64,000 bases of DNA from Perna viridis (lineage: Eukaryota): positions 10,416,001 to 10,480,000 of the forward strand of contig CM074511.1 of NCBI GenBank assembly GCA_037379345.1. The letters run 5' to 3'. Positions 61,576-64,000 of the stretch are shown here, one piece after another. The translations under genes and the position numbers were made by a program. The notes under the pieces were generated by a model. The model searched no databases, was not told the DNA's origin, and saw nothing but the letters and a program-made list of their open reading frames with translations. How positions within the stretch are numbered: position 1 is the stretch's first letter; each line of letters starts with the position of its first letter.

Positions 61576-63240
61576 TTAAACTAAGCTCGATTTCAACTTG
61601 TCCTCTTTGAAACTACTGTCTTCATCAGTCCTCTTGAAGCTTGAAACTCTTACTCCTCCTTTGTGTATGGCATATAATTTGGAAAAGGACGTGTTCAAGC
61701 AAACTCCTTGTCGGTGTATAGTCGAAACCGTCTCTTCTCTAAGTATGGTGTCCACATAGGCCCCGTCGGGTTTGAATCTGTGAATGCCACTCCCCACGCC
61801 CATAGCGTATATATACCCGATATTGTCCACTGCTAACTTCCCAGGGTTGTCGTTGCTTTTCATGGGAAAAGAGAACACCACATCACCGTTTAATCGAATG
61901 CAAACCACTTTAGTCAATGTAATATAGCACATTGTGTTGTTTCTACCTAGGGCAATGAAGTTTGGTGTATCATTTTTTATGTCGATATTTTTCTCAAGCT
62001 TACCATTGTAATTCAATATACCTATGCGATGCTTTCGACCAACAAAGATTTTGTCTTTGCTAGCAGTGATGCCACATTCCATAGAGTCTTCTATTTCTAC
62101 ACTGTTTACAGTACAGCGGTCTTTTATATCTATAAAATGGATAAAATCGAGACAATAACATGTAATTGGATATATATTAGTTCCCTGCAACCTAGTGATA
62201 TCCCAAGCCATGTGAGGTGCATCAATCGTATATTGAAACCTGTGTTCATTGTCATATACTAAAAGTTTCCAAGAGGTCACAATGACAATTTTGTCATCAT
62301 CTGCATACAAACTTATTGCATCTACTGTCTCCGAAGCGAGCAAATCATTTTGGTATAAATAGGAGGGTGGGCTTCTCAATGGTTGCATGGGAATTTGTGA
62401 CTGCCTTTCTAATTTTGAAACAGATTCTATTGTAGGTTTGGTCTTTAGTTCCTCTACAGAGCCAATAAATTTGATTGCTGATAATTGCATCGGCTTGAAA
62501 TTAAAGGCACGGCGACCAGTTCGCTCAGTTAATGCCTGCGTTTTATCCTTAAGACCTTGTATGATGGTCTGGTTGGCATGCACAAAGAGAAATATCTGAC
62601 GATCGGTTCCATGTTTCTCAGTGCGTTCGTATGATGTCATCTTAATACGAGCATGATTCTCAATTGTCTTTGCTTCTTCGATTGTTTTTATTATATCTTT
62701 GGCAATCTTCTTCTTCCTCTTTTTGAGATCATGTAATAAAGATTGCTCTAACGCGATAATATGACTAATGAGTTTCTCTTTTGTTTCTCGTATTGCATTT
62801 TCAGTCTTTAATGTTGAAATTTCTACTTCCTTGAGAGTTAAAGCTCCATCTTTGATGACAGAGTCAGATGTAACTATTATTTGATCTAGAATTTCCTTTG
62901 TGTCAACAAATGACTGTGAGCTTTTAGCATCCTTGGATGCCGTATCTACAGTCATGACCTTTAAACACATATGGTGATTCTCTGTAAGACATTGTTTACA
63001 ACAGAGGGCATCGTGGTCGACACAAAAATGTTTAAATGACAGACCTTTGTGCTGCTGACATACTTCATTATGTGTCGAAAGTTCTGTATCATCAACAAAT
63101 TTGTGTTTATTTAGTAACTTTCCTGTGCGACTGCTGTCTGTAAAATCCATACAAAGAGTATCGTCGTACTCTTCGCACCATTTTATCGCTTGTGTGTTTT
63201 TCTTCTGTTCTTTACATGATTCACTCTTACTGTTCTCCAT
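61576..63240 (-). CDS. B-box / coiled-coil / NHL-like beta-propeller protein (RING-less TRIM-like), 554 aa, single coding exon
   Basis: B-box2 CQQH...FCVDHDALCCKQCLTENHHMC; a charged helical region at about aa 100-250; propeller repeats such as WDIT, CGIT, PNFIAL and PGKLAVDNIGYIYA. A probable 5'UTR acceptor tttctctttaaag lies 2 nt before the ATG. Confidence 0.85.
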   Translation of the reverse strand: MENSKSESCKEQKKNTQAIKWCEEYDDTLCMDFTDSSRTGKLLNKHKFVDDTELSTHNEVCQQHKGLSFKHFCVDHDALCCKQCLTENHHMCLKVMTVDTASKDAKSSQSFVDTKEILDQIIVTSDSVIKDGALTLKEVEISTLKTENAIRETKEKLISHIIALEQSLLHDLKKRKKKIAKDIIKTIEEAKTIENHARIKMTSYERTEKHGTDRQIFLFVHANQTIIQGLKDKTQALTERTGRRAFNFKPMQLSAIKFIGSVEELKTKPTIESVSKLERQSQIPMQPLRSPPSYLYQNDLLASETVDAISLYADDDKIVIVTSWKLLVYDNEHRFQYTIDAPHMAWDITRLQGTNIYPITCYCLDFIHFIDIKDRCTVNSVEIEDSMECGITASKDKIFVGRKHRIGILNYNGKLEKNIDIKNDTPNFIALGRNNTMCYITLTKVVCIRLNGDVVFSFPMKSNDNPGKLAVDNIGYIYAMGVGSGIHRFKPDGAYVDTILREETVSTIHRQGVCLNTSFSKLYAIHKGGVRVSSFKRTDEDSSFKEDKLKSSLV

Positions 63241-63319
63241 TTCTTTAAAGAGAAATTTACATTTATATAGCTAAAAATTATTTCAATGTATAAAATTGTT
63301 GTATAGCAGTCACCAGAGC

Positions 63320-64000
63320 CTTTAGATTTGTAAAGCCTGTTTGCATCTGCAATTATCTTACACTACCGCAGGAAAATAGTCCAATTGGCATATCCCATTA
63401 AAGTTCTAATGCAAATAGTTCGGTTCACTTTATAAGTATTTCTAATATATCATATCTAATTATGTGTTAATTACACCAATAAACAACGATCCAATTAAAT
63501 ATGTTTGACCAGAAACTAAGTACTTTTACATGACACATAGGTGTCTATGCGATAACTTGTAGGACTTGATAGCTATACAGGTTATAATTATCAACTGAGA
63601 AATGTAGCTGGTTGAGAGGTAAATGCTTTATTTCAATGATTTTGGCTTAAGTTTGAATGATTTGACAGACAGTTTCGATCTGGAGATACTTAAATCGAAA
63701 TTTATAACTTGAAAATATAGAAACTGGGAAAGGCCAACTAGTAGTTTGAAGTTCAATTATGCAGCATGTTGGAGAGTTTTGTGTTCATTCATCTAGGTGT
63801 TCCATGTAAACAAATATCGAACCTGAGTATTATGAAACTGGTGCATTGCTACGATGCATCATGAATTTTATTGTGTGTTTATTAGATGTCCTTCGTAATC
63901 AGAATGGTGAATCTAAAAAATAATAATCAAAGAGTTCAATATTAACCATTACAATAATATTGTCTTTAAATACGTTTGAATTTGATCCCTGTACTTTCCT
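63320..64000. repeat. Copy 3 of the ~1.55-kb unclassified repeat (internally deleted, runs off the window)
   Basis: Collinear with 21105-21350 and 22060-22515. Confidence 0.8.

Overview
AT-rich, intron-rich animal genomic DNA. The repeat families look like those of a bivalve mollusc, probably Mytilidae (inference from recalled repeat sequences). The window holds three host loci. (1) On the minus strand at about 1.5-30 kb there are five intact and one broken single-Sushi/CCP exons of two alternating types (A and B), produced by triplication of an A+B unit. Each intact exon begins with its own ATG and ends in a phase-1 donor. The only convincing transmembrane exon I found is a phase-1 exon at 1468-1555. 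This layout suggests a 'variable first exon -> constant TM exon' receptor array, the most interesting feature here. (2) On the plus strand there is a 14-exon mucolipin/TRPML channel gene (37093-47892, about 602 aa) with a non-canonical selectivity filter and altered lipid-gating residues. (3) On the minus strand there is an intronless-CDS B-box/coiled-coil/beta-propeller (TRIM-NHL-like) ORF (61576-63240) with a decayed first B-box. The rest is transposon debris: a DIRS fragment, a near full-length decayed Ngaro-type tyrosine-recombinase retrotransposon with an SGNH hydrolase ORF, two LINEs, Penelope-like fragments, a tRNA-derived SINE, several MITEs and a minisatellite. All exon structures were derived by hand from frames and splice signals, without transcript evidence.
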